DNA of 64,000 nucleotides, taken from NCBI GenBank assembly GCA_036172245.1, contig JAYWIR010000001.1, forward strand, positions 4,960,001 to 5,024,000. The letters are read 5' to 3'. The stretch is from Raillietiella orientalis. Taxonomy: Eukaryota. The notes beneath the pieces were generated by a model, which saw only the letters and a list, made by a program, of their open reading frames with translations, was not told the origin of the DNA and ran no database searches. Each line of letters begins with the position of its first letter. Position 1 is the stretch's first letter. This document shows, piece after piece, positions 46,974-57,412 of this stretch. A program made the position numbers and the translations under genes.

Positions 46974-49900
46974 ATCTTGAAGTTTGTTCAACCTTTCAGA
47001 CTGTAGCTGGCATCGATTAGCAGTTCACTGATGCCCTCCTACAACGCAGGTCTTGTCAAGCCAATATCAAGGTGTAATCTCCTCAGGGGCTTCAAATACG
47101 TGGGCAAAACCAAAGAGCCACGCAATTTTCTAAGACCCATAGAATCGCCAGTGCACAGAATGCTTGGCCATTTTTGCTGCCATCGAGCGAGGGTATTGGT
47201 GTAACTTCCGGAATTCCCCTACCCCACTTAATGAGAGCTTCTCCAGCAGCCACGCTGACATTCACATCTTCCTCGCAAATTACTGCAAGGGAAAGCTATG
47301 CGCGTTGAAAAGATGCACGAGAAGATAAGGAGGAAATCAATCGTCTAACACAGAAACGAATTCGTGCCCTGTGTTGGTCAGCATCCAGTTCCTTTTTAAG
47401 GGATACCACGTGCGGACCACCACTTCTCACGAGTGGCTCCATTGAACTTGCTGCTGGTGCGAACCGCACCTATTAGAAGCGGAGCTGACCGCGTGTGCAG
47501 GAGATGCGCACTGTGCCAGGGATCTCTTCAGACCGCCTGCAACCACTGCAGGTTCGGCTCACGAACCGTCGCTCATGGTCCATGCTGAGCGGTCAGCGAG
47601 CAAACTGAGAAGCATCTCCACAGAACGGTGAGAGCTGGCTGCTCATAATCGACCAGCCATCTGGAAAAATTCCAGCCTCTTGACGGGATTGGCGTTGCAG
47701 GGCGGGGGACGAGTGATCCCACGTGACCGCCACCTGCCCCTCAGAGAGCGGTTCCTGGCTCCTATGAGACTCCAGAAAGAGGAAAGAATAAATACTAGAG
47801 TCTGGCCAGCACTTGACCAGTACAAGGGAGTACACGCCCTCTGAGCGAGCCATCGTGGTAGATTGGCCCCCGGAGTCCCTGGAGCTTGGGAAACGGCATC
47901 AGCCAACGATGAGGTCCAACAGAAACTCGAAAGCAAAGGGATGCGAGCCCGAGTGCATCAAAGAGATGATATGCAGTAGCACACAACTCTCCCGGGAGAT
48001 CCTCTGGAACCGGATGGGTTGAGAGACGAATGTAAGCAACTCACAAACAGAAGAATCCTGATTTTCTGCATTCACAAGATTATGGAAACCGTGAAAATCG
48101 TGGATAATTCTCTTGTCATCCTACAAACCCTCCCCAAAATTTTTTCTTCTTCAAACATCAACGCTTTGTTGATGAAAAACAAAACAAAGAGGGAAAATAC
48201 CAAAAGGCAGAAGAATAAAGGCTGCAAGACTTGACCACCCAAGCAAGAAACTCCTATGGCTGAGGATGCCCTCCCATTGACCAAAGTTTGAATTATGGCG
48301 TCTTTATCTTGATTTGGCGTATCTTTATGAAGATTATCGGGAAAGAATTCGAGTTCTTTGTCTTCGTGGAAATATTGCGAATGGGTGTCGAATCAGCGAC
48401 CACTTTTTTTTTTTTTTGTTTGTCTTTGGTTTTCATGGTGCGTTAGAAAATAAAGAGAACGCCGAAACTAATTATTAACTTCGTTTTGATTTGGCACTGG
48501 TGTTCTTTGGTCAGCGCCCTTGGCACTCTTTCAAAACAGACGTGGACTTCGGTTTCGAAGAATACTCCTTGTTCTTGTGTGATACCGGGAGTTCACTAAA
48601 GGAACAGAAGTGATTAGGCTTGCGTGCTGTACTCGGAGGAACACTTCGATTTTTCCTTCCTTGTGTTCCTGCAGGCCGTAGGTTGGTCGCGGCCTAACTG
48701 TCTTCCAGGCAGCATTGCGACGGAACCACTTTGGCTGAGTTCCGCCGGTCAGCTGAGCCCGTTGACTGCAAATCTTGCAGCAAGCCCAAAGAAGAGCGCT
48801 TCGATTTGCTTCTTCAGGCACGACAAAGCTGTTCTCATGTCCCATCTTTTTCATAATCCGGATTTGCGCTTGCTCTCTGCCTGTCGTTTCTCCTTGACTC
48901 TTTGTGACCGCTGACGTCTCTCCTCGCTCCAGCTTGAATCCGGTTTCCAGATTGCCACGCAAGTCTCTGGCTGATGGACTGACGGGGTCCTGACAGTTTG
49001 CGCTTTCAGAGACCTTGGACTGATGCTTTTCCGAATCTTTTTCCGAAAATTCTTTTGCCTTTTCTCTTGAATTAGCAGAGCTTGCGTGTGGGAGAAAACC
49101 GCGGCGCTCCTATGATGTTTCTTCTGGAGAGCTTTCAGGAAACTTTAAAAAGCATTCACCACAAAGAGCGACGTAAATGTGACTCCCACGTTAGCAGGAA
49201 CGGAAAAATACGCATGGTCGCGCAGTTTTCAACCACTTCTACCACCGCTTTAGGATCCACACGCGCAACACACTTCGTTCGAGGGTATTCGCAGGGATAT
49301 GTGGGGGTGGAACGACGATGGCTTTATCCAAGTAACCGAAGAACTTATTTAGTCCCTGTCTTCATGCTCTTTCGAACGAATGCCGAAAAGGATCGGCCGA
49401 GCACGCAAAGAGCACGAGGACTCGGAAACCGATGACACCAGAAGCGCTTCAAGCGCTTCACATTCTGTGTTGAGTTCCTCTGAGTGAAGAGTAATGGATG
49501 GAGTCCCAGCAAGCACTCCTGCTCTTCGGATTCTACGGACTTGATCTTTGCTTGGGAGCATGAAGATATTTCAAAATGAATGGCAGAACAGCATCTCTTC
49601 AGAAACACTTGGAGAGTGGAGAAATTTTTTTCTCGGCGTTGTTCTTTCTCCAGATGATGACTTCTGGCTCGCCTCAGAGATGCGTTCGTGGGAAAAATTC
49701 TTGCAGTCCCCGAAGTCGGTGACTGCAAGAATTTTCCTGATGCTCGTTGTATCGTCCATCGTGTCGTCCAGTTCCAGACTTTAAAGGACGGGATGAAGAC
49801 AGCTTGTTGGAAAGGAAATTTTCTTGAATATAGAATTCCAATTCCACAGCAGTTCTGGTGATGCTTCTGTGCTCACTCTAATGCCCACATCCCTGAAACA

Positions 49901-50510
49901 TCGCTGGAAGGGAAAAATGTGTTGCTCCCTGTGATAGGGAGATTTCAACTTTTGTGGGACATTTTCAGAAGATGCAAATTTTTCATGTCCACAAGACGTC
50001 ACACACACATACACATGCACGGAAAAAAAAAAAATCTCAAAGTCGTTTCTGGCTTGTAAAAAACCAACTAAGAAAGTCGTTTGCAAGTTGGCAGCTAAGA
50101 ATGCTAATACTTGCAAATCGTCAGCGTATTAGCATCCAACATCTTGATTAGGGATGAGGAAGCGTCTTTGAAAAGGAGCATGTTTGGTCGTTTACTGAAG
50201 GGGAAATCATGTTCCCCGAACAACATCACTTAATTCGAAAGCATCATCTTCCGCACAGGCTGCAAAGTCAACCTAGCAGATTAGAACAAAGGTTGTCACG
50301 GCTAAGGGCTTACCTTGAGCAACAAACTGTAAAACACGCTATAGAATGTTTTAGCTTTAATGCTTTTAAAATAACGTTTCTTCCTGCTACCTTATCAATT
50401 AATGCAGTACACCGACCCCTCCCTAATCTATCCACCAACCCTTTTATCCCACCAAGCTGCATCTTCGAACTCCCTACCATCCAATCTTTCATTATCTTAA
50501 TCCCTATTAA

Positions 50511-51284
50511 CCCTTTGAGTGCCATGGACGCATCTATGCGCCTGGCAAATGTTTTTACCGTATACCCGGCGACATAAGTTAACACCATCAGTGTTTGAGA
50601 CGGACACATACACTCACGTTCTCATAATTCCGTTAGCAACGTCAGTAAACAAAACGTCGGCTAACGATTCTCGTTTTTTTCTCGGGGTCGTATTCAATTT
50701 ATCATAGTTGTCCTTTTTATCTTTGTGGTATCCTAAAAATTTCGAGTAATTTTGAAGAAATTATAAATAAGTAAGCAATTACAATAGTAACTTTAATCAG
50801 CAGTTCATAGAGTCAATCGGTGTGCAATAAAGATGGCATATGGTGCATGTAATCAAATTAAAAGGAAGACTGTGGAAATCTCGCCATCGATAAAAAAGGA
50901 GTTGAAGCACAGTGTGCTATACAGTGTGCCTAGAGAAGTGCAAAAGTGCATTTCGGTTTCTTTTTTGGTTTAGTTCAGGAATGTTATTCCTATTAATGTT
51001 ATTCCTGCCGCTTCTCAAGTGCTTGATCGCGTGACATCGAGTGAAAGCGTGATCAACATTACCTTTTGTCAAAGTAACCCCTTGGATTTCACCCTTTTCA
51101 TTGATTACCATATGTAACTTGAAACCAAAAAACCAGCCATAAGAGCTCTTGCTTAATTTTGCAATTCCAGCAAAAACTTCCAAACAGACGCGAAGAAACA
51201 TTCCGTCCACAGAGGTCGGAGCTGCGACCCGCGTGCCGTCGACACACAGAACGTTTCAATCCGACGAGCTCCGCGCCCAAAGGG
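50511..51284. mobile_element. Non-autonomous piggyBac-like DNA transposon (774 bp)
   Basis: TTAA at 50507-50510 and 51285-51288 (target-site duplication). Termini CCCTTTGAGTGC / (rc) CCCTTTGGGCGC match at 10/12. Subterminal near-palindrome GGACGCATCTATGCGCC. Precise excision restores the ND5 frame. Confidence 0.8.
51052..51177 (-). mobile_element. Bacterial IS982-family transposase fragment, Wolbachia/Rickettsiales type (endosymbiont-derived DNA)
   Basis: Uninterrupted 42 codons VFAGIAKLSKSSYGWFFGFKLHMVINEKGEIQGVTLTKGNVD contain the IS982 hallmark GWFxGFKLH...xGNVD, with AT-rich codon usage. Similarity stops abruptly on both sides. Confidence 0.85.
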
Positions 51285-54189
51285 TTAATTCCGCAATTGC
51301 TCCTCAAAGCTTCACGATCAACCCAATCAGTTTACTCAACATCCAACCAATAACCATACTTACAGCTGTCATGTACTTTTCCGCAATAGATGATGCGAAC
51401 CTCTCGACCTCTTCTACAACTGTTCCTCCACCGGATTCCACCGAAAGCATTCAAAATTATTAACAAAATGCAACGTGCGATTCCCACTCCTACATCTCCA
51501 CCTCTTTTCCTCAACTCTTAGTACCAATTACGTCAGCATCCGATATCTGTAAGCAGCTCTAAACACCATCCCCACCATTGCCATTACCTCGACAGGGCCA
51601 CCTCGATCTGAGCATTCCACCAAATAACCTTTCCTATAACAACAGCCTCTTAAGAAGGGGAATCCCGCCAGTCCCGTAACACTGAACATTATAAATCACT
51701 CTCGGAAACGTAAATACCACTTCTGCCCATGCCGATACCACGCGAGTTGTGCCTCCCATCACACCCATGAATCGCCAATCCCCGGCACAAGAGCTCCAGT
51801 GATTTAAATACAGCATGAATCAATAAATCATGGTAAATTGCTAATCATTGCATCTTCCCATGTTGCAGCCGAAAGAACAATGGCAGCTGCGGTTTAGTTG
51901 GCTTGGCGATCGAAAAGACATCGCACAAATTGAAAATTACTGAGGCGCTCATCAAAATAAGACCGTGGAAGGAAGGGTTGCACCGAAGGTCTTAGAAGAA
52001 TAGGTTTTCCAAGAAAGAAATCCTCCTCGATGATGGCTCTCTTTAAGCAGAGCAACGGCAGAATCGATGTGAATCGTGGAGACTGAACGATCAAATATTA
52101 ATGAAATGCAATCCTCATGAAGTACTGCTCACTTAGCAATGGATTCGTTTTTATCTCGCTCAAGGAATCACGGAGCACACAGCCCTTTCTAAGAATGCTG
52201 ATCCACTACATAGATTCTAATTGATGGATCTAAGTTGCTCTCGTTAGCAATGTAGACGGCACAGCATTAGGGTGCTTCTAGTAGGAATAAGATGCGAAGA
52301 AAATGGGACCGTCTTTCAGAGGTTCCCCGGAGAAATGGGGATGGACATGAAGTCGCCGGTTCGTACCCACTTCTGCTCCCTTCTTTTCGTTCAGTAGAAG
52401 AAAATGGGAAAAGGGGGCTTTGCCACCCGAAGTTTTCGACTGCTGTCCTTGAAATAACCTCCTGTCGATTCCGCGGACTCAAATTCATTTTCCGTGTTTG
52501 ACAAAGAAATGAATTTCGTCTTTCCTCCGTCCTCGACCGGTTTCTCTGTTTGCACAACACTTTCTCTTCTGGGGCAGCTGGCTCTCCCATCCAGCGAAAT
52601 CGACTCTGCCGTTCGCTTGAGCTCGGGATTCCACGGTGTTGAATATGAGGAAACAAGAATTGTGGTCTCCTTCTAGAGAGCTCTTCTCGCTCCACGCTTC
52701 CCATTTTGGGAGTCTTTCATGGTCGTCGGGAACCTTCAACGGGAGGGGGGAGGAGGGAACGAAGAAAGCGGAGAGAACACCACGTCTCTCCCCATCTCTC
52801 GATCACGTCGGAGCTGTTTGTTTGAACCGGCCATGCTTCTTTACGAGTATAAACAGGAAATTGCGCAGAGGAAAGGGAGAAGAAATTTTCCGTTTCGAAA
52901 TAACCGTTTCTGAACTCCGCGCTGTCCATTGCATGCGCTTTTGGACGCTGATGGGATTTCTCCCTCCGTGCTAATGAAGGAAATCATTTTCTCGTGCCTC
53001 GAGAAAGAGACACGATACTGGAGCACAGATTCGAATTGCCGTAAATCACCTGACCTGGGCTGCGTTCTGCTCGAATCGAGTTGAGCACACTCCTTATCGA
53101 AACACTCCGTTCCCTACGAGCCCAGTGGACATGGTGGGCAACCCATGAGTCCTTTCTTGAAACAAAGGAAAGCTCACCGGACTAAAAGAAAACAAAACAA
53201 AACAAAAAAGAAAGAACTTTTTCCTCCCCTTTTTCTACTCTTCTTGCATTCCAGTGGAATGCAGCTTCTCAGCTCTCATGTGTTGATGGCGCCCGCCGAC
53301 GACGGAGACTGTCCGAGGACCAGTTTAGTTTCATTTTAGAAGGCTTCTATCTTCTTTCAGCCCGTTTAGAGGGCCATTCTCTTTAGCTTGAGTAACTGAA
53401 GCGCTCTCAAGTGTTGAGACCGGTTGCGTGAGGTATGGTTCTGTGAGCAATCATATGAGCACACCTGCTCCCTCTACCCGAAAGGCGTTCTGCAGGAAGT
53501 TGCGGAAGAGGAGGCCGTACCTCGCCCGCGTGCTAAACAAACGAAATTCGTGTCTTCGGCCGGCTTTTTCCGGAAACGTGCAATCCAATGTTCCGGGGCA
53601 GTCGAATCGAGTGGATGCTGACAGTTCCATTTCCTCCCGATACAGAAAACTTCCTCAGCGGCCTTGTAAGCATTGCCTGCAGCAATGGAACAGAAATATA
53701 GCCACCTGGAAGATGTTCCTGAATAACTATGAAGGCGAGGGTCCAAGCAACTCACTTCAAAAAGCACAATTACATTGCCTTACACGACGTGCAGTGCTTG
53801 CAGGAAGAAGGCATGAGGCTGTACCCAGCTGCCACATACATCTTCCGAATTTCTTCTTTCACAGCACATGTTCTAACCTAGAATTCAAATGCACTTCAGT
53901 AGCACGCGATTCTCCGGGTTTCCATCCAAAGGGATCCATTCCTTGCTTGTAATTTGCTTTCATAGGTTTACAGGAAGACTTGGGACCTGTTTACCGGTTG
54001 GACTGTCTGTATTTTAATAAACAGTTGGCTTCAACATCACTAAGAGACAAATCAAACTCGATGGTTTGTTCTCTGGAAGGTTCTCTGTTCCAAATAGAAC
54101 CCAGTTCTGTACTAAACATTTCCACTAATGAAGCAATAAGTAGACACACTCCAAGTGAACCGCGCGCGAGAGGGGAGGGGGATACATTT

Positions 54190-54312
54190 GCAAACCCCTT
54201 ATGGAACCGACTCCTTGATTCCCGGAAGGATCTTCGAGGGTCAACTTCCAATCCCGGCCACTCAACGGAGGCATCAGGTTTCCGGCCCTCACCAGTGCCG
54301 CACCCGAAACTC
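54190..54312 (-). mobile_element. SINE family B internal fragment
   Basis: GATTCCCGGAAGGATCTTCGAGGGTCAACTTCCAATCCCGGCCACTCAACGGAGGCATC...CACCAGTGCCGCACCCGAAA matches 45628-45709 and 20260-20330. Confidence 0.7.
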
Positions 54313-54559
54313 CTCCAGTGCGTTCCTACAGGAGGAATCGCAGAACTGAAGGCACAGAGAAAGCACATGTTAGAAGCACAGGGACCCCGAAGTGTGCTGC
54401 TTCTACGTGTGCAGAGTGGAAATACAAATGCACGACTGGAAAGATCTGTGGTCTGACCGAGTCTGGATCTCTTCGCAGAATTCTCTTCTACGTCTTGCAG
54501 TTGCCACATCGCATTTGAATAAAGGAACTCCTAAAAGCCTGCCACATGCCATTCCGAGA

Positions 54560-55265
54560 GACGAACGAAATACTTCAGGAGCCTGGATGCCGGGACACTT
54601 GCGAGCAGTGCTATCTGCTTCGATCTGGTAACAGCATGATAACGTGATGCACCTATGATAAACGAGATACGGTTGCGGTTCAGGAAGACGTGGGAGTTGA
54701 ATTTCCTTCCGATACATGAAATCCATGCGCCACGAAGGCATGAAAATTCAACGCAATAACCCTCGAGCATTCGAAGAGTTGGTGCATCGAACCGAAGCAG
54801 TACCAAAAAGTGTACACAGAGATTTGTGTACGCTGACTGATTCACGAAGCTATCGAAAACAAAAAGCTACACAAGCTGCACAAAAAGCTGCTGTTGAGTA
54901 TCAGTTGAGACGGCAACCCTTTGGCAATAAGCGAAAATCTCTTTTCCTCTGAAGTGCAAAACCCCGAAATCAAACCTCTCCGAATGCTGCAGATTCAGCG
55001 CTGCTTTCCAGAGCTGATTTATCTCCAAACAAAGCTCCACGCGAAGGACGTTGACCTGAATTCACACACGTGAGGACGCATTCATTTGGCGAAGAACCAA
55101 TGAAACAGAGGAGGCCAACGATTGCGAAAAACAATCCTTTCTGATGGTGGCGTCGTTCGGCTGCCCTAGGAACTGCATTACTTCCCAGCGCAGCCATGTC
55201 TCTTCTCCCATATGCTCTCCACGCCGAGCCACACCACTCCATGACGCGATCCAGGAACAGTTCTC
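54560..55265 (-). pseudogene. Decayed protein-kinase fragment
   Basis: Ordered subdomain-like pieces across frameshifts: GSRHGVVWLG (I), LR-EVMQFLGQPN...VSLVLRQM (III-V), LRG-MDFMYRKEI-H (VIa), APEVF (VIII). Confidence 0.35.
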
Positions 55266-56469
55266 GCTGCCGATCGCACAACCAGTCCTTGCATCACACG
55301 GTGGATCGTTTCTGTCTTCGTGAAAATGAATTCCACTGAGTGAACCACGCACTGCCTGCGCCAAAACCTCCCGCAGGCTTTTACTCACCAGACGTCATAC
55401 TGAGTGACTGTCATCTCTTCGGATTCCTAAAAGCTACACTCGGTAGTCACTCATTGTAAGGAGAGGAGTCCATTAAATAATCCTTGTGAAGGGTTTTTTG
55501 CCACCGTACTTTGACGCTTTCTGAGGGCATTGAGATCTGCGGTCACCGAATCGAGGGATGACGTGAGCATGTCATGCGCAGACCCTCTCCCGGAAAGGGC
55601 TGGTGGAGAACGAACTTGCTTTTAATTTGCGCTTTTTCGAGTGACATGGCGAGATGTGAGCTTAGAGGCGGAATCTCCTCCGTACCGTGAGGCATCAACC
55701 TCAGCTCTCAGATGACTGAACAGTCAGCGGCCTTTGCCTTACAAGCTGAGCAGATTGCAGAAGCACCAACACGTCTTTCGAGCAGCACAAATCGGGCATG
55801 GTCTCCCAGATTAATTTCCATTCCCTTTCCAGACACTAAACTCTGTTCCCTTGGGAGTGTCTTCCAGGACAAAGGCATATCTAAAAAAACTTGCAAGTAC
55901 AGCCGGTCTCCTCAGAACTTGTGCAGGTCGAAGAAGAGTCGAATGACGCCCACATAGCTGGATGTGAAAGAGAGAGCGGGAGAGCAGGATCTTGCACTGG
56001 AGCAATAGGAGGTTGAATCCTGTGGTGGATTAAATCTGGTGGGGTCAACGGAGGACGTGGCCATCAGATGCTACAAGAAAGGGCCGTACATTTCGACCAA
56101 TGTTTTGTAAGTTCCAGAGAGAGAGCGAATCTGAGGTTTGAAGATTGAAGGAAGAAGGGATATGGAACATCCGCTCGCAGATTCTTCGACTTTGAATAAT
56201 TCCACTCTTTGAACCTTCAAGATCTTCAAGATTTAAAGCTTGAGGAATGCTTATCTTAAAATGTTCCATAGGAAGAACAAGCTGCAGGTTATAACAGGGC
56301 GCTCCAAAATGTGCACGCCACTGTAAAACTGCTACTCCAAGAATCTCAGCTGTAGTCTTCTCTATGAAAGCTTCATTTCCACTCTGATCGGTGGAATTCT
56401 TTGAGATCAGTCCGTTCCAGATGTCTTTGACATAGGCGGTTCGTATCAATGTAACAGAAAATACACGTG

Positions 56470-56935
56470 TGCGCACATTATGCTGGAAACAGTGTCCATG
56501 GTTTCCGGGTAACGTTGGACCCTGGTTCCCTCATCTTCGTGGACTCGAGTCTCCAGCACAGAAGGGCATTATTCTTCAGCTTCCTCTACCTGCAACAAAA
56601 TGGCCTTTGGGGCGAAGGGAGAATAGCATCCACCTGGATGAGAGGACTACGAGGTGGTGCTCTCACCTGCAAGAAGAAGTCTTCAGGGATATCTCCAGCA
56701 TCCAGCGCTAGTCTCTAGGAAGAAAGGAGCAACTGAAATCAAAGACTCTGTCCCTGCCCTCCTCCCTTTTTTTTTCCCCTCCTTTATCCATTGTCCTTTT
56801 TCTTCAGCTCTCGACTCCCTTACAAGCCGGCCTGGGAGCTGGTAGTCATCTCAATGAACTTTCCTTTTTGTAACTGACTTGTGACTCATTTATTGTTAAA
56901 TAAATGACCTGGAGTGACCGGGTCCAAAGCAAAAA
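56470..56935 (+). mobile_element. Second LINE 3' end related to 45710-46800
   Basis: Ends TTTATTGTTAAATAAATGACCTGGAGTGACCGGGTC plus an A-rich tail, nearly identical to TTTATTTTTATAAATAAACGCCCCGGAGTGACCGGGTG at 46758-46795. Preceded by a pyrimidine-rich UTR. The 5' boundary is uncertain. Confidence 0.55.
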
Positions 56936-57204
56936 GTGATTCAGTTTCCACAACTTTGACTCCTTCCCCTCTTGGCGACCCTTCCTGAACGGGGGCGAAG
57001 ACTCAAAATTCCCAGCTCCAGCAAAATTCCGGATGATCACTTGGAAGATGCATGCAGCGGTTCCCCCCGGAACCTCGAGCACCAGCCTCTTGGAGTGGCG
57101 TAGGGAACCGAGAACCGGTTACCTGGGATACTCATCCCCTGTGATGCACTCTTCCCTACTGGGCGGGGCTCGATCACACGATCCGGCTGCAGAGAAATCC
57201 ACCA

Positions 57205-57412
57205 AGAGATATACTCCGCTTACTATTAATATTGTCACACCCAATTTCCTGCACTAACAACAATCTCATACCAATAAAACACCAACCACTACTCAACCCA
57301 AATAAAATCTACCTACTCAACACATTCCCCAATACTAAATAAATGCACAACCACAAAAATAAACCTACAATCAATTCTTCTTATGCATCCCTCTAGCACC
57401 TTACCACAACCC
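57205..57412 (-). pseudogene. Probable second numt fragment (ND2-like)
   Basis: Abrupt A/C-rich island on + (G/T-rich on -), like the ND5 numt. Mito-code translation is hydrophobic: LIVGLFLWLCIYLVLGNVL...GMSLLLVQEIG-VTMLMVSG (cf. ND2 YFLVQ/QE motif). Confidence 0.45.

Larger units (their letters stand above)
39990..48990 (-). pseudogene. Multi-exon IkappaB kinase (IKK-beta/ird5-like) pseudogene, heavily frameshifted
   Basis: Fragments in correct IKK order: VAI(W)K ~48950; IRIMKKMGHEN..VVPEE 48815-48863; YGLQE ~48670; DKRIIHD...NLV 48073-48117; ALG..AFE..IVG.MPFP ~47885-47950; ULD-like IEECT..VPLQLQL..GLSLPKD ~42655-42740; QRAHSKLLTNSNDL 40694-40735 (cf. IKK-beta QRAAMMNLLRNNSCL); IRDCEQFATECGCSDVLK 40433-40486 (cf. 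WREMEQAVELCGRENEVK); MKKIEDAVQ|GTGAG splice donor ~39990. Confidence 0.55.
50310..51846 (-). pseudogene. ND5: Nuclear mitochondrial insertion (numt) of the NADH dehydrogenase subunit 5 3' half, split by a piggyBac-like element
   Basis: Invertebrate mito code gives LAIYH-LLIHAVFKSL...IH (cf. HALFKALLF), GLAGFPFLSG..YSK, AAYSYR and KYMTAVSMVIGW. After removing 50511-51288 the frame reads LIVKLW(TGA)GAIAELMGIKMMKDW...LKHSMACFTVCCSS-TAA. Strong G/T strand skew. Confidence 0.85.
49480..52040 (-). pseudogene. Decayed TBK1/IKK-epsilon-like kinase, interrupted by the ND5 numt
   Basis: Ordered fragments: FFLGK..FGAT (~52000); numt; LQPVRKMM-FE (cf. LRPVDVQMREFE, ~50250); FRDVG (~49890); H-RPLKSG-N (~49785); DDTTSIRK..TDFG (49709-49760; cf. 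GEDGQSVYKLTDFG); FLHSP (cf. YLHP). Very degenerate. Confidence 0.3.

Noticed and set aside
50340-50400. Mitochondrial tRNA-Leu-like sequence
   Set aside because: Does not fold convincingly and lies within the restored ND5 reading frame.
50917-51210. 97-aa ORF as a functional or domesticated transposase gene
   Set aside because: Only 42 codons are IS982-like; the flanking residues come from unrelated sequence and the rest of the DDE domain is absent.
55085-55135. PIKK (ATM/ATR)-like 'PPLFHWFF' motif
   Set aside because: Isolated match without the downstream GLGDRH motif; another frame fits a conventional kinase better.
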